The notes under the pieces: model-generated
What the model saw: the letters and a program-made list of their open reading frames with translations, nothing else
Database searches by the model: none
Told to the model about the DNA's origin: nothing
Origin: an uncultured Spirochaetota bacterium
GTDB taxonomy: Bacteria > Spirochaetota > Spirochaetia > SZUA-6 > Fen-1364
Direction of reading: 5' to 3'
Assembly: GCA_963820525.1 (NCBI GenBank)
Contig: CAWGAA010000001.1
Coordinates: 1,792,001 to 1,856,000, forward strand
DNA: 64,000 nt
Made by a program: the position numbers and the translations under genes
Part shown: in pieces, positions 16,903 to 26,831 of the stretch
How the letters are laid out: each line of letters starts with the position of its first letter
Position numbering within the stretch: the stretch's first letter is position 1

Positions 16903-18735
16903 GTGGGCAAGCTTATTCTCACTGTCATCCACAGACCCGAGATGGTTCCCGAGTACCTGGAAAAGGAGGCGGCGCAGGGCAAAAAAGAGGACATCGCCCG
17001 CACAAGCGTCATTTCGGCTTCCCTCGACATCTTCAAGACCCAGCAGAGGATCGCGCACGAAAACGGCCTCAAGACGACAATCCAGATGACGTACGCAAGC
17101 CTCTTCAACGAGGAGGTCGTAGCGCTGGCCAAGGGAGACCACGAGAAATACGGCGACGAGATCGGGCTGACGCTCCTGGGGCTGCCGTGCAAGGAGTTCA
17201 GGGAGAAATACAAGACGAAGGACTTCTGCATCTGGCATTTCTCGATGGAAGACAAAAGAGAGATCGTCACGGACGTATTCGAGAAGTTCAACCAGGTTTT
17301 CGGGTTCTTCCCCGCCTCCACAGGCTCCTATTATCTGGACGCCGAGCTCGTGCGATTCATCAAGGAGAAGTACCCCATGGTCTCCTGCGCCGTGGCCACC
17401 TGCTGGGAGGAAGGGCCAAAGGCGTATCACAACGCCAACAACTCCTGGTATACGCTGAACGACGGCGGGCCCTGGAACCCCTGGATCCCCTCCCGCTCCA
17501 ACATCCACTGCCCCGCCTCGGGGCCGGCCGACGACAGTGGAATCGTGGCCATCCCGCACCTCTCGCGCGATCTTTTAGCGGTGTTCGACGGGCCGGGCTC
17601 TTTCTATGGAACGCATCCCCAGAACGTGCTGCGCGGGATGGTGTACAAGGACGGCCAGTACCCCTACCTCTTCAACCTCATCGATCAGTACCGCACCCTG
17701 GACAAATACAACAACGGCTTCACCTACAACATGGTCTTCGTCGGGCCCGGATGGATGAGCAAGCAGGGGCGCTGGGAAGCCCCTTACTCCCTTCTGGAAA
17801 AAAGCTACAGCGACTGCATGGCATACTACGGCGAGCTCAAGCGGGCGGGAAACGCCGAAGACATGACGATGAGCCAGTTCGCGGCCTGGTATCGCGGGAA
17901 CAAGACCTACACGGAGCCAACCTGCGCCTTGTGGAAGGACATCCTCTACGGCTCTCGAAAGCAGATCTTCTGGTACCTCGACCCGTACATGAGGACGTGC
18001 GTGGACATGAACCAGGGAGGCGCCCTGGTGGACCTCAGGCCCTACGTCGCCAAGCTGGTGCGTCCCGTTGGAATCGGGACGGCCCACATCTGGGACTGCT
18101 CGTACCCCTTCCTGATCCAGGCCTTCTACCGTGCCGGCTATTTCACGCACTACGCCGGGGAGGGATCCATCAAGAGCTGCAAGGTGAGCTACAAGGGCGA
18201 AGAGATCGATCTCTGCCTCTGCCGCACAAAGGCGCGATATTCAGAGGAAGGGAAAAGCCGGAGGCTGACCCTCGATCCCGTGGATCTCGAGTTCGCCGGC
18301 CTGACCGCCACCCTGGCATCCACCATCACCTTCGCTGAGGATACGGGCGAGATCCGGTTCACCAGGAAGATAACGGCGATGAGCAAGCCCACGGCAGCGG
18401 TCCATATCAACGAGTACATCACCGCCTGCCATGGAACCACCGAGTATCCGGAGGACCTTTCCGGGATCGTCCTGAAATGCGTGGGAAGCGAAGGGGTCAA
18501 GGAGATCGTCTACAAGTACAAGTGCCGTGAAGAGGCCATGAAAAACGTCACAAAAGTGGAGGCCATCGTTCCCCACGTGGACACGCGGGTCTCGCTACTG
18601 CCGGTGAGCGGCGGCATCGGCGGATATTTCAGGGAAGGGTACGCCTTCTCGCCCATGTTCACCCTCGGCCTGACCGGGGAGCTTCGCGCCAACGAGGAGA
18701 TGACGACATGTCTCAGGCTACAAAAGGCAGACTGA
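16903..18735 (+). CDS. Uncharacterised 610-aa cytoplasmic protein; possible glycoside hydrolase/deacetylase barrel plus C-terminal beta-sandwich
   Basis: Host-like GC3 bias, GGAGG RBS, Trp/Tyr-rich N-terminal part (DEIGL, FEKFNQVFGFFPASTGSYYLD, GGPWNPW), beta-rich C-terminus. Confidence 0.7.
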   Translation: MGKLILTVIHRPEMVPEYLEKEAAQGKKEDIARTSVISASLDIFKTQQRIAHENGLKTTIQMTYASLFNEEVVALAKGDHEKYGDEIGLTLLGLPCKEFREKYKTKDFCIWHFSMEDKREIVTDVFEKFNQVFGFFPASTGSYYLDAELVRFIKEKYPMVSCAVATCWEEGPKAYHNANNSWYTLNDGGPWNPWIPSRSNIHCPASGPADDSGIVAIPHLSRDLLAVFDGPGSFYGTHPQNVLRGMVYKDGQYPYLFNLIDQYRTLDKYNNGFTYNMVFVGPGWMSKQGRWEAPYSLLEKSYSDCMAYYGELKRAGNAEDMTMSQFAAWYRGNKTYTEPTCALWKDILYGSRKQIFWYLDPYMRTCVDMNQGGALVDLRPYVAKLVRPVGIGTAHIWDCSYPFLIQAFYRAGYFTHYAGEGSIKSCKVSYKGEEIDLCLCRTKARYSEEGKSRRLTLDPVDLEFAGLTATLASTITFAEDTGEIRFTRKITAMSKPTAAVHINEYITACHGTTEYPEDLSGIVLKCVGSEGVKEIVYKYKCREEAMKNVTKVEAIVPHVDTRVSLLPVSGGIGGYFREGYAFSPMFTLGLTGELRANEEMTTCLRLQKAD

Positions 18736-18920
18736 ACTTTCGCTGTCCGGCGTGCTTCGTGAGGGAGATCGACGTCGATATGTTCTACGACAAGGAGAGG
18801 AAGGAGTATTACTGCCTGCGGTGTCCCTTCACGGGCACGGAGGAGGAAGTCCTGAAGCTGAACGAGATGGCCAAGTTCAGGTACAAGAATCTCCTGACAA
18901 GGATTACGGACTTCGACTGA
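18708..18920 (+). CDS. Small Zn-ribbon protein (70 aa)
   Basis: CPAC...CLRC pair; GAGGAG RBS; overlaps the upstream gene by 28 nt. Confidence 0.75.
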   Translation: MSQATKGRLNFRCPACFVREIDVDMFYDKERKEYYCLRCPFTGTEEEVLKLNEMAKFRYKNLLTRITDFD

Positions 18921-18996
18921 GGGGCCGCCGCGAAGCGCGGATGGCGATCTCGCCCTCCCCCCATCGCCCCGATGGACCCTGTTTTTGCGATCTCTC

Positions 18997-21444
18997 ATGT
19001 ATGACGGAAATGCCAGATTGAGACTGAATATCGATTTTGATTGGAAGTTTTTCCAAGGCGACATGAGAGGAGCCGAAAAGCCCGAATATGATGATGCGCT
19101 TTGGAGAGAAACGAACCTGCCTCATGATTGGAGCAGAGAGGGGCTTTTTGACAAGAATAATCCAACCGGAGGCAGCGGGGGCTATCTGCCGGCCGGAATC
19201 GGGTGGTACAGAAAACACTTCAAAGCATCCAAAGCATGGCTCGGGAAAAAGGCGTTCATCGAGTTCGACGGCGTTTATATGAACTGCGACGTCTCCATAA
19301 ACGGAACGCATCTGGGCAGTCATTTCTATGGATATACAAGCTTCTCGTATGACGTTACGCCCTTCCTTAATTTCGGGGAAAAGGAAAATGTCATCTCGCT
19401 CAGAGTGGACAATTCACGACAGCCGAATTCCCGCTGGTACACCGGCTCGGGAATTTACCGGCACGTCTGGCTCGTACTTACCGGGCCCGTTCATATTGGC
19501 CGCTGGGGCACATATGTCGTGATCCCGGAAATGACGGAGGATTTCGCGGTTGTCAGGGCGACGACAACGATCAAGAACGAGTTGTCAGCCGATTGCGAGG
19601 CAGAACTGCATACATATGTCATTGATAGGGAAGACAGGATCGCGGCTTCCGACATATCGGCATTTGAGGCAGGGGCGGGCCGGGACTGCACGGTGGCTCA
19701 GGAAGTCAAAGTCCACGGCCCGCATCCGTGGTCCGTCCATACCCCGTATATGTATGTGCTGAAAAGCGAGATCATTCAGCACGGCAATGTCGTCGACCGA
19801 TATGAAACGCCGTTCGGAATGCGGAAAATAGATTTTGACGCCGACCGCGGCTTCCTCCTCAACAATGAGGCGGTCAAGATAAACGGCGCCTGCCTTCATC
19901 ACGACGGGGGATGCGTGGGGGCCGCCGTCCCGGAAAGGGTGCTCGAAAGAAGGCTGGAGCTGCTCAAGGAAATGGGCTGCAATGCCATCAGGACAAGCCA
20001 CAACCCTCCATCGCCTGAATTGCTGGAAATGTGCGACAGGATGGGATTCCTCGTCATGGACGAGGTTTTTGACGAATGGGCCATACCCAAACTGAAAAAC
20101 GAGGACGACAGGTACGGCTATTGCGAGCATTTCGACGCCGATGCAATCGAAGATTTGAAAAGCATTCTCTATCGGGATAGGAATCATCCAAGCATCATTC
20201 TGTGGAGCGTGGGCAACGAAATACCGGAACAGACAACGCCCGATGGTCCCGGTATTCTCAAGAGACTTGTGGATGTCTGCCATGAAATCGATCCCACAAG
20301 ACCGGTTGCTTCCGCGTGCGACAATATCAAGGCGCAGCCAATGGAAACATCGGACGCCTTCCTCGAGCTTCTGGACGTGGTCGGGTACAACTATGTGAAC
20401 AGGTGGCAGGGAAGAACGGAAACCTTCTATGCGGAGGATCATCACAGGCACCCGCAGCGGAAGGTTATCGGAAGCGAGCACTACTCAACAAGAGGAATAC
20501 GCGGCGATTACAACGACAGGAGAGAAAACAAGGATCCTTTCTGGAAGCCGTACAACACGCGGATGATGATGGCCGAGCATTTATGGAGATTCACCAAGGC
20601 GTACGACTACGTTTCCGGCGATTTCATGTGGACGGGGATCGATTACCTGGGAGAAGCATCCTGGCCTTTCAAGAGCGCGAGCGCGGGCGTGCTGGATACG
20701 TGCGGATTTCCCAAGGACGGGTACTATTTCTATCAAAGCCAATGGACCGACAAACCGGTGCTCCACCTTTTTCCGCATTGGACCTGGAAGGGCTTGGAAG
20801 GGAAGGTGATGCCGGTGCTCTGTTATACGAATTGCGCCAGCGTTGAATTGTTCCTGAACGGCAGATCTTTCGGCGTAAAAAGCTATGAGTTCCCCAGGCA
20901 GGGAATGACGGAGCGCTACCTGCATTTTGACAGGCCGTATGTCGACGTGACGACGTCGGATCTGCATCTTGCGTGGGATGTGCCCTATGAGCCGGGTGAG
21001 CTTGAGGCCGTAGGCACAAGAAACGGAACCGTCATATGCGAAAGAACCATTATGACGGCGGGAGACCCTGCGGGGATTGAGCTGGCTGCAGACAGAAAGA
21101 CCGTTTTTTCGGACGGCAGGGACGTATGCCACATCACCGTGAGAGTGACTGACGACAAGGGCAACCTCTGTCCCTGCGCGGACAATCTCATTCACTTCAG
21201 GATTGAGGGCGAAGGAAGGCTCATAGGAGTGGACAACGGAAAACCCGACAGCCATGAAAGCTTCCGGGTCGAGTACAGGAAAGCCTTCAACGGGCTTTGC
21301 CTCGCGATCGTGCAATCGACAAGCAATCCGGGAGAGATTTCAGTCCATGCTTCCTCGGATGGACTTGCCCCGGATTCTCTCGGCATTGCAAGCAGTCGAA
21401 ACCCGGGCGATTTTGACAATTGGCCAACGGAGGATGCTTCTTGA
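18997..21444 (+). CDS. Glycoside hydrolase family 2 (beta-galactosidase-like)
   Basis: LPHDW, FDGVYMN, SRWYTGSGIYRHV, GCNAIRTSHNP, RDRNHPSIILWSVGNE, WTGIDYLGE, GVDNG. Confidence 0.93.
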   Translation: MYDGNARLRLNIDFDWKFFQGDMRGAEKPEYDDALWRETNLPHDWSREGLFDKNNPTGGSGGYLPAGIGWYRKHFKASKAWLGKKAFIEFDGVYMNCDVSINGTHLGSHFYGYTSFSYDVTPFLNFGEKENVISLRVDNSRQPNSRWYTGSGIYRHVWLVLTGPVHIGRWGTYVVIPEMTEDFAVVRATTTIKNELSADCEAELHTYVIDREDRIAASDISAFEAGAGRDCTVAQEVKVHGPHPWSVHTPYMYVLKSEIIQHGNVVDRYETPFGMRKIDFDADRGFLLNNEAVKINGACLHHDGGCVGAAVPERVLERRLELLKEMGCNAIRTSHNPPSPELLEMCDRMGFLVMDEVFDEWAIPKLKNEDDRYGYCEHFDADAIEDLKSILYRDRNHPSIILWSVGNEIPEQTTPDGPGILKRLVDVCHEIDPTRPVASACDNIKAQPMETSDAFLELLDVVGYNYVNRWQGRTETFYAEDHHRHPQRKVIGSEHYSTRGIRGDYNDRRENKDPFWKPYNTRMMMAEHLWRFTKAYDYVSGDFMWTGIDYLGEASWPFKSASAGVLDTCGFPKDGYYFYQSQWTDKPVLHLFPHWTWKGLEGKVMPVLCYTNCASVELFLNGRSFGVKSYEFPRQGMTERYLHFDRPYVDVTTSDLHLAWDVPYEPGELEAVGTRNGTVICERTIMTAGDPAGIELAADRKTVFSDGRDVCHITVRVTDDKGNLCPCADNLIHFRIEGEGRLIGVDNGKPDSHESFRVEYRKAFNGLCLAIVQSTSNPGEISVHASSDGLAPDSLGIASSRNPGDFDNWPTEDAS

Positions 21445-23771
21445 TACGACCCTTCTTGATGAAAAAGGATATGACCTTCCACGGCGCGTTGGATTTCAGT
21501 TTCCTGCTGGACGCGCCCGCGGGCAAGAACGGCTTTGTCACAATAAGAGACGGCCACTTTTATGCGGGGGAGAAGCGGTTGCGTTTTTACGGCTTCAACA
21601 TTCCCTTCGGCGCTCCCTTTTCTCCCAAATATGACGCAGAGGTGATGGCGGAGCGCCTTTCCAAAGCCGGCGTTAATTTTGCCCGGATTCATGCCGTGGA
21701 TTCCAGGGCGCGCAGCGGCGCCCACCTGCTCATCGACTATTCAAAGGGCAATTCCCGGAATTTCGTCCCTGAGCAGTGGGACAAGCTGGATTACATGCTT
21801 CACTGCCTCAAACAGAGGGGCATCTATATTCAGCTCGACCTTTTCTGCTATCGCGGTTTCCTGCCGGCCGACGGCTTGGACTACCCGGACGACATGATGA
21901 AATACTTCAAGCAGGCCAACGTTTTCAACCGGCGGCTTATAGAGCTGCAAAAGGAATATGCCAAGCAATACTTGACACACCGCAACCCATACACCGGGCT
22001 GCGATATGTAGATGACCCTGCAGTGGCCCTGGTCCAGGTCATGAACGAAGACGGCATATTCTGGTACGAGGGGCGGGACGATATTGGGCTGCCGTCATAC
22101 CGGAAAGAATTGGAAGGAAGGTTCAACTGCTACCTGCTTGCCAAATACGGTTCCAGAAAGGCGCTCGATCTGGCATGGACAAAGGACGACGGCACCCGCT
22201 GCCTGCTTGAAGATGAGGACCCGGTGGACGGGACCGTAAGGAGGCTGCCCCATTTGGAGGGCACGCAGATGTATGTGGACTGGAATGCCGGCTACCGGGG
22301 AATGGAATCCCCGGTCCGTTACGCGGACTATACGGAGTTCCTCACACGGGTGCAGTTGGACTTCAGCCGGGAGATGCGGGATTATCTTGTCTGGCTGGGC
22401 GTGAAATGTCCCATCAATATATCCAACCATGCCCAGGGCGCCGCCGATATATACAGCCTCGACAGGTATGCCGACGTCAACATGGACAACGCCTACTGGA
22501 ACCACCCAGATACGGTACGGCAGGACAGGCCGCGCTACCACGACATGAACATGGTGGAAACCGATCCGCGCAGGACGGTCGTGGACAGCCCGTTCAAGCT
22601 CAACCTCGTCACACGGCTCAACCACGACAGGGTTGCGGGAAAACCCTTCGTTGCCGGCGAGTGGAACATCCTGTACGGGACCGACTTCAGAAGCGACGCA
22701 CTGCCCATGGTGGCGGCCTATGCCGGTCTCCAGGATTGGGACGGCATGGTGCTCTATGCCTATCACCACGCCGACGCCATGGAGAAGTACGACGATTCGA
22801 AGCTGGACGCCCCGTTCAACCTGTATAACGACCCGGCCGTCTGGGGTCAGGTGGGACTCTGTTCCTTTCTGTTTCAGAAAATGCTTGTGCGCCCCGGCCG
22901 CAACCGCCTCGAGGTATGCTACTCGGAGCGCGACCTGTACGCCGTGCCCCGCAGCTGGATCGCCCCGTATGGCTATGCCTGTTATGTATCCCAGGTCGCC
23001 GCCGCCTTCATAGGCCTGAAATATGCGGGGAACGCCGATGTCGCGCTGGCAAGCGGTAATACCCCCACCGGCGATTATACGGGCGTGAAGCGCGCCCTGG
23101 TGTTCTCCAGAAGCCGTTACAGGGACGGCGCGGAGAAGTACGAAGGAATCAAGGGCTTTCTTGAAAAGCATCGCCGCGCGGGTGACGCCCTCGAGGTGAT
23201 CGAAGACGGCGGCAGCATCGATTCCGATTACAAGAATTATTCGAAAATACTCGACGCGGCGTTGAAGAAATGGGGCCTTTTGAGCGCCGGTCAGGGGCTC
23301 GTGGACGACAAGAAGCTTGTTTCAGACACCGGAGAGCTGGAATTCGATTTCACCAGGGGCGTATTCCGCATTCATGCGCCGCAAGTCAAGACGATATCGG
23401 GCAACATAAAAGGAAGCGTTTCACTGGGTGAATACGGCTTCGATGTGGAAAACGAGCGGATGACGATAACTCTTTTGTCGCTGGACGGCCGGGACACGGA
23501 CCGTTCGAAGCACGTGCTGCTCGTTGCGCTGGGATGGTGCGGCAATCTGGGCATGAAGTTCGAAAAACAGGACGATGGCAGCCGTGTTTTAACAGACGAC
23601 GGGCACGGCCCCGTATCGATCGATACCCTCGAGGGCTCCATGAAGGCGCCGGGCCCGATCGCGGTCTATCCGCTCAATCCCGACGGCAGCCGCAATCCAC
23701 CGCTTTCAGGGCATGATGCATTCAGGTTCGGAGAGGAGGGCACCATGTTCTATGAACTGGAAGCGCGGTAG
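21441..23771 (+). CDS. Clan GH-A glycoside hydrolase (GH5/GH148-like, family uncertain)
   Basis: RFYGFN, GVNFARIH, LDYMLHCLKQRGIY, NPYTG..Y.DDPAVALVQVMNE (acid/base), KPFVAGEWN (nucleophile); TTG start after GGAGG overlapping the GH2 stop. Confidence 0.8.
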   Translation: MIRPFLMKKDMTFHGALDFSFLLDAPAGKNGFVTIRDGHFYAGEKRLRFYGFNIPFGAPFSPKYDAEVMAERLSKAGVNFARIHAVDSRARSGAHLLIDYSKGNSRNFVPEQWDKLDYMLHCLKQRGIYIQLDLFCYRGFLPADGLDYPDDMMKYFKQANVFNRRLIELQKEYAKQYLTHRNPYTGLRYVDDPAVALVQVMNEDGIFWYEGRDDIGLPSYRKELEGRFNCYLLAKYGSRKALDLAWTKDDGTRCLLEDEDPVDGTVRRLPHLEGTQMYVDWNAGYRGMESPVRYADYTEFLTRVQLDFSREMRDYLVWLGVKCPINISNHAQGAADIYSLDRYADVNMDNAYWNHPDTVRQDRPRYHDMNMVETDPRRTVVDSPFKLNLVTRLNHDRVAGKPFVAGEWNILYGTDFRSDALPMVAAYAGLQDWDGMVLYAYHHADAMEKYDDSKLDAPFNLYNDPAVWGQVGLCSFLFQKMLVRPGRNRLEVCYSERDLYAVPRSWIAPYGYACYVSQVAAAFIGLKYAGNADVALASGNTPTGDYTGVKRALVFSRSRYRDGAEKYEGIKGFLEKHRRAGDALEVIEDGGSIDSDYKNYSKILDAALKKWGLLSAGQGLVDDKKLVSDTGELEFDFTRGVFRIHAPQVKTISGNIKGSVSLGEYGFDVENERMTITLLSLDGRDTDRSKHVLLVALGWCGNLGMKFEKQDDGSRVLTDDGHGPVSIDTLEGSMKAPGPIAVYPLNPDGSRNPPLSGHDAFRFGEEGTMFYELEAR

Positions 23772-23801
23772 CCACCCTCTTTTTCGAGCGACAGCCCCCG
23801 C

Positions 23802-24314
23802 CTATCTGTCCTCGCCTTCAGATGACGTCAGGTTCTTCCGGGAGGGCAGGAACTCGGGGAATTCGAACTCGATGAGGCCGTCCCTGGTCACGTTCATGAC
23901 GGCATGCCCTTCTTTCGTCATCCGCTCGAGAAGGCCTTGAGCTTCCTTTATTGTCAGGCTGGTGCGCAGGGCCGCCTTGGCGGGAGTGATCCTGCCGTTC
24001 TGCTCCTCCGCCGCCCGGAGGATCTGCTTTTCAGCTTCCATCTCCTTCTGCTGGGCGGTGGTCTTGGCCTCCCGCGGCTTTGTCAGCAGCCTTCCCAACC
24101 CACCGAGCAGCGGCATGACGCCGGCGAACATCATCGGAAACGCCCACCACCACTCGCCGGAGCCCGCCCTGGTCAGCAGGAGCCCGCCGAAGACGAGCGT
24201 GCAGGCTGAGCCGAAGATGATCGACTCGATGGGCGTTCTGTTTCTTCTATCTCCCGGCCCGCGGTGCCTGCGCCAACCTTCCTCATTCCAGCCATTCCAG
24301 TCGCGATGGGACAT
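23802..24314 (-). CDS. Hypothetical membrane protein, 2 TM plus C-terminal winged-helix-like domain
   Basis: Two hydrophobic segments; GRITPAKAALRTSLTIKEAQGLLERM helix-turn-helix-like segment; own promoter. Confidence 0.7.
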   Translation of the reverse strand: MSHRDWNGWNEEGWRRHRGPGDRRNRTPIESIIFGSACTLVFGGLLLTRAGSGEWWWAFPMMFAGVMPLLGGLGRLLTKPREAKTTAQQKEMEAEKQILRAAEEQNGRITPAKAALRTSLTIKEAQGLLERMTKEGHAVMNVTRDGLIEFEFPEFLPSRKNLTSSEGEDR

Positions 24315-24320
24315 GAAAAT

Positions 24321-24350
24321 ATAGTAGCCGTTCGCAACTCCTTAAGTCAA
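24321..24350 (-). promoter_or_regulatory. Sigma70-like promoter, probably leaderless transcript
   Basis: TTGACT-18bp-TACTAT then 6 nt to ATG 24314; no SD in between. Confidence 0.6.
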
Positions 24351-24405
24351 CGCACGAGAAAGGGCCGCAATGAGGAGCGCCCACGGGAGCGGTTTCGGCC
24401 GCTCC

Positions 24406-26754
24406 TCATCGGGTCCCCGCCTCCATCTCGACGACCACTTCCCGCTCCACGATCGCGGTGATCGACCGTATCTCGGCAACCTCCCTGCCGATGAGCTCCC
24501 GCTGGAGCGCCATCGCGGACTCGCGGAACACGACCGTGCCCTCTCGGCGCGGCGTTACGTGCACAGAGATCCCTTTCTCCTCGATGGCCGGCCTGAAGCG
24601 CTCAAGCCCTATTTCCCAGGGCTCGCCGTTGGAGAAATCGTCGGCGACCAGGCGGCCGTCGATGAACGCGCTGCCCACGTCGCCCTCGTACTCGATGGAA
24701 AGGAATATCTCTTTCACCCCGTCGAAGGCGCCGGCCGCGAGCCTTACCTCGGTGTCCGCGTCGTTGGGCTTCGTCACCCCCAGGTCGATAGTCCGTGCGG
24801 GAAGCCCGATGGAGTAGCGGGTGAAGTCTCCATCAGGAGCGGACTGGAGCCGTGCGCCCATCGCCGCAAGCGGCATCTCCGCCGCGGGCAGGACGAGAAG
24901 CTCGACGCGGCGCGCCGACGAGCCGCGAAGAATGAGCCTGAGCGCGCCTTCGCTCTCGTACACATCCGCATCGGTGATGATTGCCCGCTCGCGCCCCCAG
25001 ATGCGAAGCCTGGAGAACCCAAGAGACTGGATCTCAGTCAGGGTATGGAACACGACACGGGCGCCGGTTTTCACGGTAATCGCGAACGCGCTCCGGCCGG
25101 AAACCCGGGGCTGAAGGAAAATGAGCCCTCGCTCCTCCCTCCGGCCGCACCCTTCGCGTTCTACAGACGTGATGCCGCTCATCTCGAAGCAGTACTCGGC
25201 GGGAATCCCCTCATGCTCGAAGGAAAAACAGTGCGTCGTCCCGTCCGCTTCAAGGAGCGCCATGGGCTGGGCCGTCGAGTACCTCATCCGGGCCCCGCCA
25301 ACTTCCAGGTTGAACGGCATGACGGCACAGGCGCCGCTCTTGAGAGTGAAGCCGCCTGTGCTCGGAACGCGCAATGACCCGCTCGCGAGCCCCACATCGA
25401 CCGCGACATGAGGGTGGTCCTTCGTTTCGAGATGATCCTGGAAATTGTTGAAGAAGAGGAAGCCTGAATCGCCGGACGCCCTCACGGCGAAGCGCAGGGT
25501 ATCGACGTCCCGCGGATCGAGATCGCCCGCGCAATCCGGGAGGACCGTCCGCATCGGGGCCAGTCGCTTTCCGAATTCATGGAGGAAAAGGTGAAGCCTC
25601 CTGAGCCTCCGGTACGACTCACGGACCTGCCCAAATTCGCCGAGGGGCGCCTGGAAATCGTACGAAACCCGAGGAACCACGTGCTCGTTAAGGAATCCGT
25701 GCCTGCCCGCCGTTTGCGACCCCCCATGGAACATGTAGTAGCCCAGCATCGAGCAGCCGCCCGCCAGCTTCACCAGCGCCATCGCCTCCACGCACTGCGG
25801 CGCGGCCACCGCCCGATAGCGATACCACGATTGCATGCCGCCGCCGATCTCGCAGCAGGCGAAGGGCATCGAGGCGGGGTCATAGGGAGGGTCGAAATTG
25901 TCGTACCTGCGGTCCGAGCCGTGAAAGTCGCGAAAGAGAAACTCCCTTGTCGGGGCGTGAATAGGTGTCGATTCGGTCACGTTCCACGGGCAGAATGCGT
26001 AGCCGCCGTAGAGCGGAAGGATCTCGCCTTCCAGGATGGGGGCGCCTCCCCAGCCGGTGCACGCATAGATGGGCGCCAGAAGGCTGGCCTCCAGGGCCAG
26101 GCGCTTGAGGATGCGCATGTGCTCAATTCCGCCCGTGCCGGTCGTCACGTACTCCAGGCAGAGCCTCGGCGTAGTTTCCCAGGGCGCGGCGGCGTGCATG
26201 AACTCGTTCTCCAGCTGCACCCCGATAATGGGGCCGGAGTCCTTGAAGAAAAGCCCCGCGAGCTGCCGCCCGATCTCCATGTAGAGCCTGCGGGTCAGAT
26301 CCAGGTAGCGCGGGTGATTGGATCGGACCGGGAATGGCCTCCCGTACAGCCAGTCGGGAAGCCCGCCGTTTCTCGCTTCCCCGTGACCGAAGGGTCCGAC
26401 GCGCACAATGACGTACAGGCCGATCTGCCCGCAAAGCTCCACGAAGCTGCGAAGGTCGCGGTCCCCGGACCAGTCGAAGACCCCCTCCTCTTCCTCGTGA
26501 TGATTCCAGAATATGTAGGTCGAAACGACGTCCACCCCGCATGCCTTCATTTTCTGTAGCTCGTCGCGCCAATACCGCCTCGGGTATCGGCAGTAGTGCA
26601 TCTCGCCGCAGGCGATGAGCCACGGCTCCCCGTTGAACGTGATGTATGCATTGGTAAAGCCGATGGAGTCGCCCTTGGGGCTCGACCCGCCCAGCAAGGG
26701 CAGGGCGGGCTTTATCCCGGGGCCTTTCCCCGTGAGATCGATCGTGTGCGTCAT
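24406..26754 (-). CDS. Glycoside hydrolase family 35 beta-galactosidase
   Basis: GEMHYCRYP, STYIFWNHHE, RVGPFGHGE..NGGLPDW, GPIIGVQLENE, YYMFHGG, SYDFQAPLGEFG. Confidence 0.93.
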   Translation of the reverse strand: MTHTIDLTGKGPGIKPALPLLGGSSPKGDSIGFTNAYITFNGEPWLIACGEMHYCRYPRRYWRDELQKMKACGVDVVSTYIFWNHHEEEEGVFDWSGDRDLRSFVELCGQIGLYVIVRVGPFGHGEARNGGLPDWLYGRPFPVRSNHPRYLDLTRRLYMEIGRQLAGLFFKDSGPIIGVQLENEFMHAAAPWETTPRLCLEYVTTGTGGIEHMRILKRLALEASLLAPIYACTGWGGAPILEGEILPLYGGYAFCPWNVTESTPIHAPTREFLFRDFHGSDRRYDNFDPPYDPASMPFACCEIGGGMQSWYRYRAVAAPQCVEAMALVKLAGGCSMLGYYMFHGGSQTAGRHGFLNEHVVPRVSYDFQAPLGEFGQVRESYRRLRRLHLFLHEFGKRLAPMRTVLPDCAGDLDPRDVDTLRFAVRASGDSGFLFFNNFQDHLETKDHPHVAVDVGLASGSLRVPSTGGFTLKSGACAVMPFNLEVGGARMRYSTAQPMALLEADGTTHCFSFEHEGIPAEYCFEMSGITSVEREGCGRREERGLIFLQPRVSGRSAFAITVKTGARVVFHTLTEIQSLGFSRLRIWGRERAIITDADVYESEGALRLILRGSSARRVELLVLPAAEMPLAAMGARLQSAPDGDFTRYSIGLPARTIDLGVTKPNDADTEVRLAAGAFDGVKEIFLSIEYEGDVGSAFIDGRLVADDFSNGEPWEIGLERFRPAIEEKGISVHVTPRREGTVVFRESAMALQRELIGREVAEIRSITAIVEREVVVEMEAGTR

Positions 26755-26769
26755 GTTCTTCCCTAAAAG

Positions 26770-26799
26770 AGGGAAAGCCGCCTCGCGGCGGCTTTCCCT
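26770..26799 (-). terminator. Intercistronic stem-loop/terminator after the binding-protein gene
   Basis: Perfect 13-bp stem AGGGAAAGCCGCC/GGCGGCTTTCCCT, GCGA loop on minus strand, followed by CTTTT. Confidence 0.75.
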
Positions 26800-26831
26800 T
26801 GATCTGGTATCTCCGATTCAGAAATGTGGAG

